Shown: positions 27,344-40,150 of the stretch, in pieces
How positions within the stretch are numbered: the first letter of the stretch is position 1
Layout of the letters: every line of letters starts with the position of its first letter
NCBI GenBank assembly: GCA_009914755.4
Contig: CP068257.2
Span: 12,288,001-12,352,000 of the forward strand
Length of the DNA: 64,000 nucleotides
DNA from: the human T2T-CHM13v2.0 reference genome, Homo sapiens
Direction: 5' to 3'
Notes under the pieces: generated by a model
Told to the model about the DNA's origin: nothing
Database searches by the model: none
Seen by the model: only the letters and a program-made list of their open reading frames with translations
Position numbers and translations under genes: made by a program

Positions 27344-29941
27344 CTATAAAACAGCAGAAAAAATTAATAATTCACAAAATTACATATTTCTCAACTGAAC
27401 TGAAAATCTTCTCTAAGGTGCTTTGAACTTCAACATACAATATAGAAAGGAAGTAAATGAAAAGCAGTCCCTTCCTTCTCACTCCTCTGTGCTTTCTGAT
27501 GTGCTGCTTTTTGCCTTGCAAACAACCCTCCTCTGTCTCCCTGGATTAACTGTGGTCATTGCCAAAACTCACTTTAAACATTTACCAGTCCCAAGAATCC
27601 TTGCTTTGATCACAGCACTTAGCATGGTACATTGTAATCATTTCACTGTGTCCCACTGAAACCAAGAGCTTCTTGAGGCAAGGGCTGTATCTTTTGTCTC
27701 TATAGCCCCAAAACCCTAAGACACAGTAGCAAACATTTTAAGTTTTTTACATAAATTAATGATCTAAATTATTCTCACTAAAGCAGTGTTTCTTAAACTA
27801 TATTCCAAAGAATATTTGCCTTACCAGAAGTATTATACCCCAAGAGAAAGACTCCATGACCATCTGCATTTGAGAAGTATTATAAAACTGTATGTTATGT
27901 CCAATAATCAAGGAATCTCTTGAATTTTACCTAATCCCCATTTGACAATACTATTTGTGGCAAACATTAACATTTGAGGAATTAAGAGTTTTAGGGGTAC
28001 AGTTGCCAGAGCTTCCCAATGCAGGTGGAGGTTTTTTCTGGGTGGTACAGACTTGCTTGACTCACTTCTATCAATGGTGTCAGGATCCCAGATGCGAATG
28101 TCAGGCACTCCTGCTCCAAATGGGTCACTATGGAAATGAGCTTTGAATTAAGAGAGATTGGCTTCAAATGCACTTATTTTCCTTATTATTAAATAGTCCA
28201 TGGGTTTTTTCCCTAATACAAGAGAATAGATTTTTATCTTTACTGTTCAAAAGCTCAGTATGTTCTGTGTAAGAGAAATAGGTTTAAAAAACTTAAGAAC
28301 AAATATTTAAAAAACCAAAGCTCAGTAAGAAATACTATTCTCAATTATAATGGTAATCCCGGGACCCCAGGGCAGCTCTACTTTTTAAATCCATTTTTAT
28401 TGGCTTCCACTTAAAGGGCTACTTAAAATTATTTTTTATTTTAGACAAAATATAAATCCAAAATAAAAACATAATGGCTTATCAAAAAAATTCTCATACT
28501 GATCCATATGAATTATTTCTGGCATAATAAAAGCCAGTAAGTCACTTGCATTTCTAAGGAAGAGCACTGAGGAGAAAGATGTAATGTCTGCAATATTCAG
28601 AAATTATCCAACTATAACCAGGAATAACCTAAAAAGGCTTCTAGGCATTCTTATGGGCAGATAATTATTTGTGGTATATATAAAGAAAAGTTTCAAAAAC
28701 TTCTAAATTCTAAAATTCAACTCCATAACTGAGGGATTTATATACTCTATAGACTATATATTATAACAAATATGTGCTGACTTAAAAACCTTGAAATCTT
28801 TATCAAAATATACTATAACATAGGAGTTGTAAACTCAAATACTTACAAGGACAAAGGAAGGTTGCCTGAGTAAAGGAAGTACTAAGGTGGGCACAGTAGG
28901 AAACTGGAGAATACCTGCCTTCTCTAAAGGGGCAACCTCTGCACAGCAGACCAAACAGTGATAGAAACTCAGGGGACACCAGATTTGATTTTTTAAAATA
29001 AGCCTGAAGTCCAGATTTCTACACCAGTCTTCTAAATTTTACATGTTGATTCAACTTATAGAGGAAAACAAACAAATCTGTGTACCACATTAGAATATAG
29101 CCCTTGTGTTTTTATATTCGCTATTAATGTGTTACTAAATGGTTGTGTATAATCCAGGTATTTGCATGTAAAATATTTTCTTTCTCTAGTATCATATGTT
29201 TTACCAAAAAATCAGGCTCTCATATATAATAAAAATTGCTCAAAAAGACTCATAATACCTGCTTCAAGAATTTTTCCAACACTTATTCATTTAAAATATA
29301 TTTGTATATAATTTTCCCAGATTGTTAACCAAATAGATAATTGGTTCATAGGACTGCTAAAACTAAATTATTAAAAGAATTCATATCTGTATTTTTATTA
29401 ACTCCATGGACTTCAGTGTTTAAAACTGACATTTTGGGTATGCTAAAGCTCTATAAACTTAACAAACGTACTGAGCCAGTTCATAATACAACTTCAACTA
29501 AAAAAAATAGTTTAGGATTTGCTACTATTCTAATTGAGAAAGCCCAACTTGTAATGAACATTTGTTGACACGTAATTACATGCATGGTGACAAAGGGACA
29601 TCAAATCATGAAAGGGTCAGCCTCTACTTATTGAAAGATTACGCATAAGCAAATTTCTAAAAACTCTGAATGTCAGTGAATGATTAATGGTGGGAAGGAA
29701 AAGTGTTATTCTGTAAGCTGAGAGATATTGCCAGTAATATTTCCTTTCACTTCCCAGTCACAAATGTAGAGAAAGACAGATAAGTCAGGCTAATTTACTG
29801 AAAAGGAGAACTTTGAAGGAAGTAGCACCTATCAAATGCCAATTCTTCTAGAGATTTCTTACGTTTTTGAGATACAGAAATTTATATGTTGCACTTATCT
29901 GTTCTGGGGTTCTTAATCAGGAGTGTATCCTAAACTTGAGG

Positions 29942-29942
<1 letters not shown>

Positions 29943-29986
<44 letters not shown>
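29943..29986. repeat. (GT)n microsatellite, ~22 units
   Basis: gtgtgtgtgtgt... read directly. Followed by an Alu fragment. Confidence 0.9.
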
Positions 29987-29988
<2 letters not shown>

Positions 29989-29989
29989 T

Positions 29990-30082
29990 ATTGTTGTTAG
30001 AGGCAAGAGTCTCACTATGTTGCTCAAGCTGAACTTAAACTCAGGCTCAAGCTGGGACTACAGGAACATGTCACTGTGCCCA
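29990..30082 (-). mobile_element. Alu fragment adjoining the (GT)n
   Basis: ...gtctcactatgttgctcaagctgaacttaaactcaggctcaagctgggactacaggaacatgtcactgtgcccagc. Confidence 0.6.
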
Positions 30083-31249
30083 GCTTCAAGAAAATGTTTT
30101 TAAAAATGTTCAGGCCTTATTAGGTCTATTACATCAAAATCCTCAGGGGAAAGCCTACAATTGTAGATTTTTAACAAAATGTCCTCAGGTCGCTGTAATG
30201 CACAATTCTGAGAATTAGTGCAGCAATCACTTCAGTCTCATCTCTCACCCGCATGGCTAGTTCCCTTTATCAGTTGGACATGTGGCCAAAAAGAGAAAAG
30301 AGTAAGAGATAGTGTCATTTATTAAAGCTCCAGTTAAGTTTCCTGGGTATGGGTAGAACACAAACAAGTAAACTGAAAATCCCACTTGATTTTGCTATTT
30401 ACAAGCTCCTTATCTCCCACCTTCCCACCAAGACATTCTAGGTTTGAGAGGAGTCTTTAGACTCTTATCTAAGTGGCTGTTTCTGCCAGGATGGGCAATA
30501 AGTCAGTTAATAATTTGTTCCACCTTCTGCTGAAGTGTTTCTCACTTCACCACCACATATTCACTGCCAACCTGGTTTCCTCAAAGTCTTCCTAAAATTC
30601 ATCTCTAGGCAAGTTTCAACTCACTCTCATTTTCAAACCAAAAATTATTAGACCCAAAGCTAAGGAGCACCTTGTCTCAACACATAAACTGGAAGAACAG
30701 CAAACTAAGAGAAAAAAAAAAAACTCTTCATAGCATTTTCCCTCATTACCTAATTTCCAAGTGACCTGCATATTTCTGATTGCTCCCCTTTTCCCTTCCC
30801 ATTTTCCCCTGTTAAGCCCTGTGCCACTGAGAGATGATTCATCAGTTTTTCAGAAAATTATCAGCAGCAGCAACATGTCCACTTATTGTAAGTTGCTTTA
30901 GTTTTGTTTGAGTTTTAAGATAAAGCCTATTTCCAGGGCATATTTTCTTTCCTGTGTTGTTTTATGCTAATTAGGGGGAATAAAAGGAAAGATAACCCTG
31001 CACAGAAAAAAAGTTGAAAAAGTTTTACCTTTAACAAATTCACAAATATTTTCCAAAGTGTGTTTTATAAAGCTGTACCCTTTAATGCTCCTTTAAAGGT
31101 ATCAATATTTAAAATAAAATCTTAGACAATTATTTCAAAATAATTTGCATTTGCATTCAGGGAATGGTTGAGCTTCCAAATATAAAAAATTGACCCTTAC
31201 CTATGTCAATGTTAAAACAAATATTTTGGAAAGAAAGTTGATTGATCTA

Positions 31250-31435
<186 letters not shown>

Positions 31436-31582
31436 TTAGACCAAGAAACAGATTGTAAATTCCAAGAATTCAAAATACACATTCCACAGGTTTCACCAAC
31501 TAGTTATATTTAATTGAGATCAATTTATTTTAATTCTATATATGCAAATCAAATCCATGTCATGCTAAAAGAGTTGGCTCTA

Positions 31583-31711
<129 letters not shown>

Positions 31712-32111
31712 CTAAGAGAACTTTTTAGGAAACTGTAGTGCGACATCTCAAAACACACAATCATTCATGTAACTGTAAAAAATGAATAGCATGTTTTTCC
31801 TCTGCCTTCAAAACAAATACTTAATTTTTTTGAAGAAAATACAATACTTACTAGCTCTTATTGCTCACTGCCTTAATGAAAACAGCAGCCTATCTGAATA
31901 GAAATAGCTCAGTCTTTGGGTTCAGTTCAACTAGGGCTTGAGTCCTACTTTAAACCCTGTCACTTACCAACTATTTCTTAGCCTTTCTGTGTCTCAACTT
32001 CCTCATTAATAAAGATGACAATAGTAGCTATCTCATAGGACACCATCGTGATGCTTAAATGAGAAGCTATGTATTTAGAATAGTTTCTACAACAACTCAA
32101 TAATTGTAAGA

Positions 32112-32438
<327 letters not shown>

Positions 32439-34239
32439 TAACAAAAACATTTTAATTAGGTAAAAGACACAATTATACCTACTTTGCAGAATGGCTTAAA
32501 GAGTAGGTCACATTTTAATACTTCTGACATTGGAATGCCACTTATATTGTTATAACTACAATTGGTAGCATTTTTAAAATTATCTTATTGATATATAAAA
32601 TAGCGGGGCATCACACAATCCATGAGACCTTACATTAAGTAGAATATGGTATACTCAGCAGGTCTAGGGCAGTTCTAGGCATATAACTGGCATGTAAATA
32701 CATTTTAGTTCTTAAAGGTACTATGGGGATAGAGCACTGAAATAACAATAATGCATTTTTTAAACAAATTAATTCCTTGATTTTCAAACAAACTGAAGCC
32801 AAAGGAAACTCATGATTCAAATGAATACATACGGCTCATTTTATTCAATATTTATACTTACAGAATATATGCAAATAAGACTTTCCAATGATTAATATTA
32901 GTATTTAAGACTGATAAACTTTTGAATGGGCAGTTAAAGGTTATCTTCTACTATTTTCTAACTTCAGAAATGCTTTTGTTTGAAAGGTGGGAGATAAAGT
33001 TTCAAGGAGATTAAGTCCCAATATTCCTATTTTAAATCTCTCAGCTTGTGCAGGCAGGGCAGGTAAACATGAAGTTTTTAAGGATAGAAGGGTCCTGAGA
33101 GATAGTAGAATATGTCTGCTACATAACAGGTACTCAGGTTATGTTCGATGAATAAATGGAATGAAAGAATGGATAAATACAGTTGGGGAGTTCAATATTT
33201 TTAAATAACTCCTATAAAGCAATATTTTTGCAATAGTAATTATCTATATGTTATTTTTATTTTTAAAGAATACAATTAAAATGAAATGATTAATCTATCA
33301 TTGTTTGCATAAATTGAATGAATATATAAGAAAAACATATGTACATAATAAAATATATAGGTAATAAAATCTGGAAACAGATAAAAACATTCCCTTTTTA
33401 CTTCTGAAGAGGCTAAAAGTTCAAAGAAGATAACAATACACACAATAATGATAAAAATAGAAAGTGAGAAATTATTTTTAATAATGTAAGATTCATATTC
33501 CTCTCTTCCTGAGGATTATTCCTTTATTAATAAACTTTACTAGAAGTTTTGTACATGCTCACTGCAGCAATCACAGATAAGAAAAAGGAAAAGAACTTTA
33601 CTTAAAATACAAATGCTCAGAAATTACAAATTTTATATTTTGTACATATTTTTTGCTAAAACAAGACCATAGTATGTTTGTGTGTATGTATAATTTAATT
33701 GATTTTTTTCCTCACTAGCTATAACAAAATACATTTTCGCACATCAATATACTTCTGTATCTATTGCCACCTTCAATGGTCACATATTATTCCATCTTAT
33801 GGATGCAACTGAAATTTATTTATAGGATCCATTCTATGGGTTCTTTTTAAAATAAGTGCTGTGAAAAATAAAGTGCATGTATCTTTATTTACTAAGGGTG
33901 TTTTAGTATAATGGAATTGATGGGTAAAGGGCATACATATTTTTTAAATGTAGTACTTACCACCAAATTATCTATTTGAAAAGTAATCAGCAACTTAAAC
34001 TTTAAACAGGAGTATAAAACATCCTCACAAATATTGTGGATAGAAAACTGTTTCATTCCTCTTTTAATTTAAATTCTTATACCAGAAATGCGAAGGACTT
34101 TTTGCTATGTACACAAATAACTTGCAGATCTGGAAAAAAGTACTTTGCCCAATTTTAAAGTTTTTGATGATTAGATTTGAAAGAATTCCCTGTAAAATGA
34201 AAATGTACTTTTCATCTAATGTGTATATATACATACAAC

Positions 34240-34704
<465 letters not shown>

Positions 34705-35769
34705 TCATCTGAATATATATATATAATATAGTTAATATTTTTCAAGTAAGCTCTCTTTTATTTTTTTTCTGAAACACAGGCAGTTTTAATTTTTAGTTTG
34801 CTAAATCAATCTTCAGAATGCCTGCTTATGAGGTCATTCTTAGGAAGGCTTTTGTCAACATAAAGTGTACCTGTAAAATAAGCGTTTGTGTTTTCTTCCG
34901 GTACTTTACTCATTTTCATATGTAAAAATTTCAATCTGTATTCCATCAGGAACTCATGTTTGTGACATAAAATTTCATTAGTTTTCTTCAAACAGCAGAC
35001 ATTTTTTCGTTAATAATTCATCCTTTCGTACTCATTAATCCTTACATATATCTTACATAATTTCAGTGTTTCTGGGTTGCCTATTCTGTTCTATGCGTTT
35101 GTCTTTTCAGCTGTTAGTAAACAATTAATTGTAGAAATTAATAGCACATTTTGATATCTAGAGGAACAAGTGTTTTTTCACTCCATTATGAAATTTTTTT
35201 AAATGTCATCACAGTAGTGAAAGACAGCAGGTGTCATACAAAAATGTTAAAACCTTGATATTTTCATTCGGTCTATGTAAAATTGATAAACACAGAAAGA
35301 GCTCACATTTTGAGGAAAATGTGCCTTCCCATTCAAGAACACAGAACCCACCTCCCACTTCCAAGTTTCTCTCTAAGAACCTTCAGTAAAGAACCTACCT
35401 ACACAGGGGGATACGGATGTAAAACGGACAGTTTTATCTGAGAACTTTTCGCCTACTGAAAATAACTCACGGTATTTTTGACAGGGGAATGAGTTCTCTC
35501 ATTAGGCACCTCCTATAATGTATATAAACCATGTTTTAAACGTGTACGTTAAAATTAACAACACTATATGCTTAACTTTGTGAGTTAAATCACTCAAATT
35601 CTCCACCAACTGCTCCAGCCAGGGAATTATGAGGGATGGAAAACAGCTGAGGGTCCGTTTGGCTCCGCCGCTCAGAGGGTGCCCGGCGACCTCCAAGGCC
35701 CCCGTCCCAGGGGCTGCCGGAAAGCCGGACCTGGGGACCCCCTGCCACCCCGGGCTGAGCCCCCGCTAC

Positions 35770-35972
35770 CTGTGCTGCTTGTCCAGGGCGTCCAGGTCTC
35801 CGCTCCTGCGCGCCAGACAGCGCTCCATCTCCGCGGCGTCGCCCTTGACAGCTGCCTTGTGGATCTTCTGCAGTTCCGAGTACCGGATTCGGTACCCGGA
35901 ACCCGTGTACAGGTGGTCTATGGTGCCCAGGACCGTCTGGCCCCTGTGGCTCCTGAAGCCGAACAACTTCAT
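35770..35972 (-). CDS. ANKRD20A-like exon 1 (start codon at 35972; donor GT at 35769-35768 on minus strand)
   Basis: ORF-track ORF 35766..35972 (-) MKLFGFRSHRGQTVLGTIDHLYTGSGYRIRYSELQKIHKAAVKGDAAEMERCLARRSGDLDALDKQHR. The exon ends ...CAGCACAG|gtagcg. It lies inside the CpG island. Confidence 0.85.
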
Positions 35973-36039
35973 GGTGGTGACTTCTCAGACTCCCAACCAA
36001 CTGCTCTTGAGAGGAGGCAGCTCCCTGTCACCTTTTCAC

Positions 36040-36170
36040 CTCCCCGCCCCTGCCCCCGCCGACCCAGCCCCAAATCCCCTATCCAACCCCAAATCCGCAA
36101 TCCAACCCCCAATCGGCGATCCCAAATCTATTATCTAATCCAAAATCCGCGATCCAGCCCGGTCCACCAC
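36040..36170. repeat. ~19-20 bp imperfect tandem repeat (about 5-6 units; ccaaatccgcaatccaac-like) in the 5'UTR/proximal promoter
   Basis: cccaaatcccctatccaa / ccccaaatccgcaatccaa / cccccaatcggcgatccc / aaatctattatctaat / ccaaaatccgcgatccag. Repeated CCAAT/CCAAAT cores. Confidence 0.5.
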
Positions 36171-36539
36171 AGCCTTCAGCAGCGACACTCGCAGCCTCCG
36201 ACCTCTCAGACCGAGTGAGCCTCGCAAAGCCTTTGGGCGCGCGCCTGCACCGCGGTGGCCGCCCGGCTCCCGGAAGTCGCTCGGAGGCGGCACGCACTGG
36301 CAGGTGGGGCTGCAGCTGCGAGAGGGGGCGGGCCTGGGAACCACCGCGGGTGTGCGGGCCTTGCCATTCTCAAGATTCCTGCGGAAACGCTGTGCGCTGG
36401 CTGCGCTCCAGGAGCAGGAGCAGGAGGAGGTCGCCCTCTAGAGTCTGGAGTCTGGGGAGAGGAGGAAGGCTCCTTCTTTGTAGGCCACTGGTGTTGCTGA
36501 AACCTCTGCCGCCACCTGCAGGGCACCCCCTGATAGCGC

Positions 36540-37720
36540 CCCTAACCCGCCGCCAGCTATTGGACCCGGGATGGCGCCCCTAACACCCTCCCCTCGCCGC
36601 TGCAGTGTAGAAACCCAATAGCGTCCCGAACCCGTCCCCGCCTCAGACGTTGCAGCACCAGATAACTCCCCCAACCTGCCCCCTGCCGTGGGCCATGCAG
36701 CCACGGATTGGACCCCCAACCAACTCCCTCGCCGCTGGCAGTGACGCCCCAGAAAGCGCTGCAACCTGATCCCCGCCGTGAATAGTGCAGCCACGGATCC
36801 TTAAGGCCCCCAACCCGCTCCCCACGATGGGCAGTGCCCTCCCAGATAGCGGATAGCACTCCCAACCATCCCCCAGCCGCGGGGTATGATGCCCTGGATA
36901 GCGCACCCAACCCGCACCCCCCGCCCCGTGGACAGCTTAGCCCCCGACAGCTCCCCTAACCCGTATGCCACTACCGAGAATATGGTCCCGATAGCGCACC
37001 AAACCTGACTCCCGCCACAGGCAGTGCAGCAGCTGATAGCTCCCCTAACTCGCTCCCACTGACCACAGTACAGCCCCCTAATGATGCACACAACCCACCA
37101 CACCTCCCCACCTGCCACCGGTGGGGTATCGCCCCCAAACTGCCCCTTGCCGCTGGCAGTGTAGCCCCCAATAGCGCACCCAACGCCCCCCTCTATCATG
37201 AGTAGTCTGGCCCGCGATAGGGCCTGAAACCACCCCCTCCAATCACCTCCCTGTACCCCCCTTTCCCGCCCCCCCCCCACCTGCAGTGTACCACCGGATA
37301 CTGCCCCTAACCTATCCCCTGCGGGGGGCATTGCAGCCCCAGATAGCGCCCCCAACAAGTCCCCCGCCGCGGGCGGTGCAGCCCCCAAACCACCCCCCCA
37401 CCCCACTATGGGCAATGAAGCCAGACCAGTCAGCACCCCGACCAGTCCCCCCACCCCGGCGCCGCCGGCAGTGTAACCACAGTAGCGGCCCTAACCCGCC
37501 CCCTGTCGCGGGCAGTGTAGCACCCAATAGGGCCCCCAACCAGCCCTACTGCTGCTGGCAGTACAGCCCAGGATAGTGCCCCCAACCTGCCCCCCCCCCC
37601 CCCCCGCTGCTGCGGGCAGCGCAGCCCGGGATAGCACACCTAAAGTAGTGACGCCCGGAATAACACCCCTACCGGCCCCCGGCCGCGGGCAATGTAGCCC
37701 CGGATAGCGCACCTACCCAA
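36540..37720. repeat. CpG-rich minisatellite, period ~45-55 bp, ~22 degenerate units, C-rich on + strand (consensus approx GCAGTGyAGCCCCsGATAGCGCmCCyAACCCGCCCCCyGCCGCGGGCAGT)
   Basis: Recurrent gcagtg...gatagcgc...ccaacc...ccccgccgc blocks read directly. There are no stop-free codon constraints, and many overlapping ORF-track ORFs occur on both strands. Confidence 0.7.
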
Positions 37721-37729
37721 TCGCCTTTC

Positions 37730-37960
37730 TACGCTCTGGCCGGCTGCAGTGTCCGCTGCTGCCACCCACAGCAGCGAGGCGAGCCAGCGAGGCCAGCCGC
37801 AGTCCCACAGACTCTAGCCTCCAGCCTGTGGTAGGTGCCTCCTCTTTCCCTTCCTGTATCCAGGCAAGGAGCAGCTCTCGCTGCCAGCCGCCTGTCTCCA
37901 TCACCGCCACACACTATGCAGAGGCAAGCCCTGGTGCCACAGGATCCAGCCTCCAGCCCC
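37730..37960 (+). repeat. Two tandem copies of a ~110-bp GC-rich unit (U repeat: ...ccacaggatccagcctccagcc...caggcaaggagcagctctcgctgccagccgcctgtctccatcaccgcc...)
   Basis: Internal direct repeat at 37800-37870 vs 37910-37980. The same unit recurs inverted at 39700-39860 and 40735-40870. Confidence 0.5.
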
Positions 37961-38149
37961 AGCGTGTGGCGGGGGACTCCGCTTTCGCCTTCTTTAAGGT
38001 GCGAACGGAGGGGTTGGGAACGCTGAGGCACAACAGCCTGCAATGGCGCAACTCCCCCTTAGCATGCTTTATATACTGAGGTTATGCAAGCCAGGTTCCT
38101 GGACTTCATGTTCTGATTGGATGAGAGAAAACCGCTAGGCCTGCTAGTT

Positions 38150-38400
38150 GGGGGCACTATCCCAGACTGTATTGCCGGCAGCAGTGAGGTGGGTTAAGGG
38201 TGCTATCCAGGGCTGCACTGCTCGGGGGTGCGGGTGGGGGGGGTTTGGGTTTAGGCACTATGGGGTGCTGCAATGCCCACGGTGCAGGGAGAGGGGGAAG
38301 TTTGGGTGTGTTGGGTGCGCTATGGGGTGGGGGGGCTACACTGCTGGTGGCAGGGGGCGGGGTTGGTTGGGGACCGTATCAGGGGCTGCACTGATTGCTT
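38150..38400. repeat. Inverted (G-rich on + strand) copy of the ~50-bp CpG minisatellite
   Basis: gctgcactgctcgggggtgcgggtgggggg...cactatggggtgctgcaatgcccacggtgcaggg is the reverse complement of units at 36540-37720. Confidence 0.65.
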
Positions 38401-39690
38401 TAGCTAGGATTTCCAATACTATGTTAAGTAACAGTGGTGACAGTGGGCATCCTTATCATGTTCCAGATCTTAGAGGAAAAGCTTTCCATTTTCCCCCATT
38501 CCATATGATTCTAGCTGTGAGTCTCTCTCTTGTGGTTTTTATTATGTTGCAGTTATGTTTCTTCTGTACTTGGTTTTTTGAGGATTTATAACATGAAGGA
38601 ATGCTGAATTTCATCAAATGCTTTTTCAGTTTCAGTTGACATAATCATACTGTTTTGTCGTTTATTTGGTTGATATGATGTATCACATTGAGTGTTGAAT
38701 GACCCTTGCATCCCAGGGATACATCCTACTTGATCCTGATGAATTATCTTTTTAATGTATTGCTGAATTTGATTTGCTGGTATTTTGTTGAGGATGTTTG
38801 CACCAATATTAGAGATACTGGCCTGTAGTTTCCTTCTTTGATGTCTTTGTCTGATTTTGGTATGAGGGTAATAATGGCCCCACAGAATAAGTTTGGAAGT
38901 ATTCCCTGCTGTTTTTCAAAATAGTTTGAGTAGGATTGGTACTAGGTCTGTAAATGTGTGGTGTGAAACCATCAGCAGTGAAGCCATTGGTTCCTGGGCT
39001 TTTTTTTACTGGGAGACTTTTTCTGATGGCTTCGATCTCATTACTTGTTACCGATCTGTTCTGGTCTTGGATGTTTTCACTGTTCAAACTAGGTAGGTTG
39101 TATGCGTCTAGGATTTCTACTAGGCTTTCTAATTTATTGGCATATAATAGCCAGTTAAGATCCTTTGAATTTCTGAAGTATCAGTTGTAATGTCTCCTAT
39201 TTTATTTTTTGATTTTATTTATTTGAATCTTCTCTCTTTTTTCTTAGGCAGCCTGGCTAAAAGTTTGTCAGTTTTGTGTAGCTTTCCAGAAAACCAACTT
39301 TTTGTTTAATTTTGTGTATTTTTTTAATTTCAACTTTATTTCTGCTATGATCTTTATTATTTCTTTTCTTATTTTGGGTTTAGTTTGTTCTTACTTTACT
39401 AGTTCTTTAAGATGTATGGTTTATTTGAAGTTTTTCTTCTGTTTGGATGGTAGGCACTTATAGCTATGAAACTCTGCCTTTGTACTGTTTTTGGCATATC
39501 AAAAGTTTTGGTATATTGTGTCTTCATTACCATTTGTTTCATGAAATTTTTCAATTTCCATCTTATATCTTCATTGACCCACTAGTCATTCATTCAGGAG
39601 TGTATTATTTAACTTCCATGTGACTGTATGGTTTCCAAAATTCTTCTTCTTATTGATACCTAGTTTTATTCTTTTGTAGTCAAAGAAGAT
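38395..39690 (-). mobile_element. L1 internal ORF2 fragment (EN-distal to RT region), truncated at both ends
   Basis: ORF 38809..39087 (-) ...LPVKKSPGTNGFTADGFTPHIYRPS... is L1 ORF2. The reverse complement at 38400 encodes ...[18 protein letters not shown] and at 39680 ...TWKLNNTLLNE. Confidence 0.8.
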
Positions 39691-39699
39691 GACCATGGA

Positions 39700-39860
39700 G
39701 ACAGCAGCGTGGTCGGAGTGGTAGCAGGCAGCCATCAGCAAGAGCTGCTCCGTGCCAGGCTGCTGGAGGCTAGAGCCTGTGGCCCAGTGGCTTGCCTCAC
39801 TGTGGTTGGTGGTGGTGGTGACAGAGACTGCAGCATGACCAGAGTGATAGGATAGGGGCC
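39700..39860 (-). repeat. Inverted copy of the ~110-bp U repeat
   Basis: Reverse complement ...ctgtcaccaccaccaccaaccacagtgaggcaagccactgggccacaggctctagcctccagc... aligns to 37880-37960. Confidence 0.5.
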
Positions 39861-39879
39861 ATCGGGGCTGCACTTTTCA

Positions 39880-40150
39880 CAGTGTGGGGTGGGTTGGGGG
39901 CACTATCTAGGGTGTCACTGCCTGCACTGGGGGTACTGGTTGGTAGCATTATATGGGGCTGCACTGCCCATGGTGGGGACCATGTTATGGGTGCTCTCTG
40001 GGACTGCAATTCCCATAGAGGAGGACAGGTTAGGGCACTATCGGGTATACGCTGCTGGTGGCGTTGGGGGAGTGGAGGTGGGGGGCGCTATTGAGGGCAG
40101 GATTAGCCATGGAGGGGGGCAAGTTGGGTACTGTTGGGGGCTGCGCTGCT
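39880..40150. repeat. Second inverted (G-rich) copy of the ~50-bp minisatellite (contracted, ~5 units)
   Basis: ggggctgcactgcccatggtggggaccatgttatgggtgctctctgggactgcaat... CpG sites are largely decayed to TG/CA. Confidence 0.6.

Larger units (their letters stand above)
35640..38400. promoter_or_regulatory. CpG island / promoter region of the ANKRD20A-like gene (TSS probably within ~36.0-36.3 kb, upstream of ATG at 35972 on minus strand)
   Basis: Very high GC and a dense CpG run (gcgcgcgcctgcaccgcggtggccgcccggctcccggaagtcgctcggaggcgg). GC-box-like CCCGCCCC motifs at 36041-36060. Located immediately 5' of exon 1. Confidence 0.6.

Noticed and set aside
28030-28120. Minus-strand candidate exon with a perfect GTGAGT donor (…LISIVTHLEQECLTFASGILTPLIE|gtgagt), considered as ANKRD exon 4.
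   Set aside because: The translation is not ankyrin-like, and the genuine exon 4 homologue ([22 protein letters not shown]…) was found at 27237-27343 with correct phase.
35590-38591. Overlapping ORFs of 60-217 aa across the CpG island/minisatellite (e.g. 36801..37454 minus, 35679..36218 plus).
   Set aside because: GC-rich DNA lacks stop codons by composition. All but 35766..35972 (true exon 1) are repetitive, strand-overlapping and unsupported by homology.
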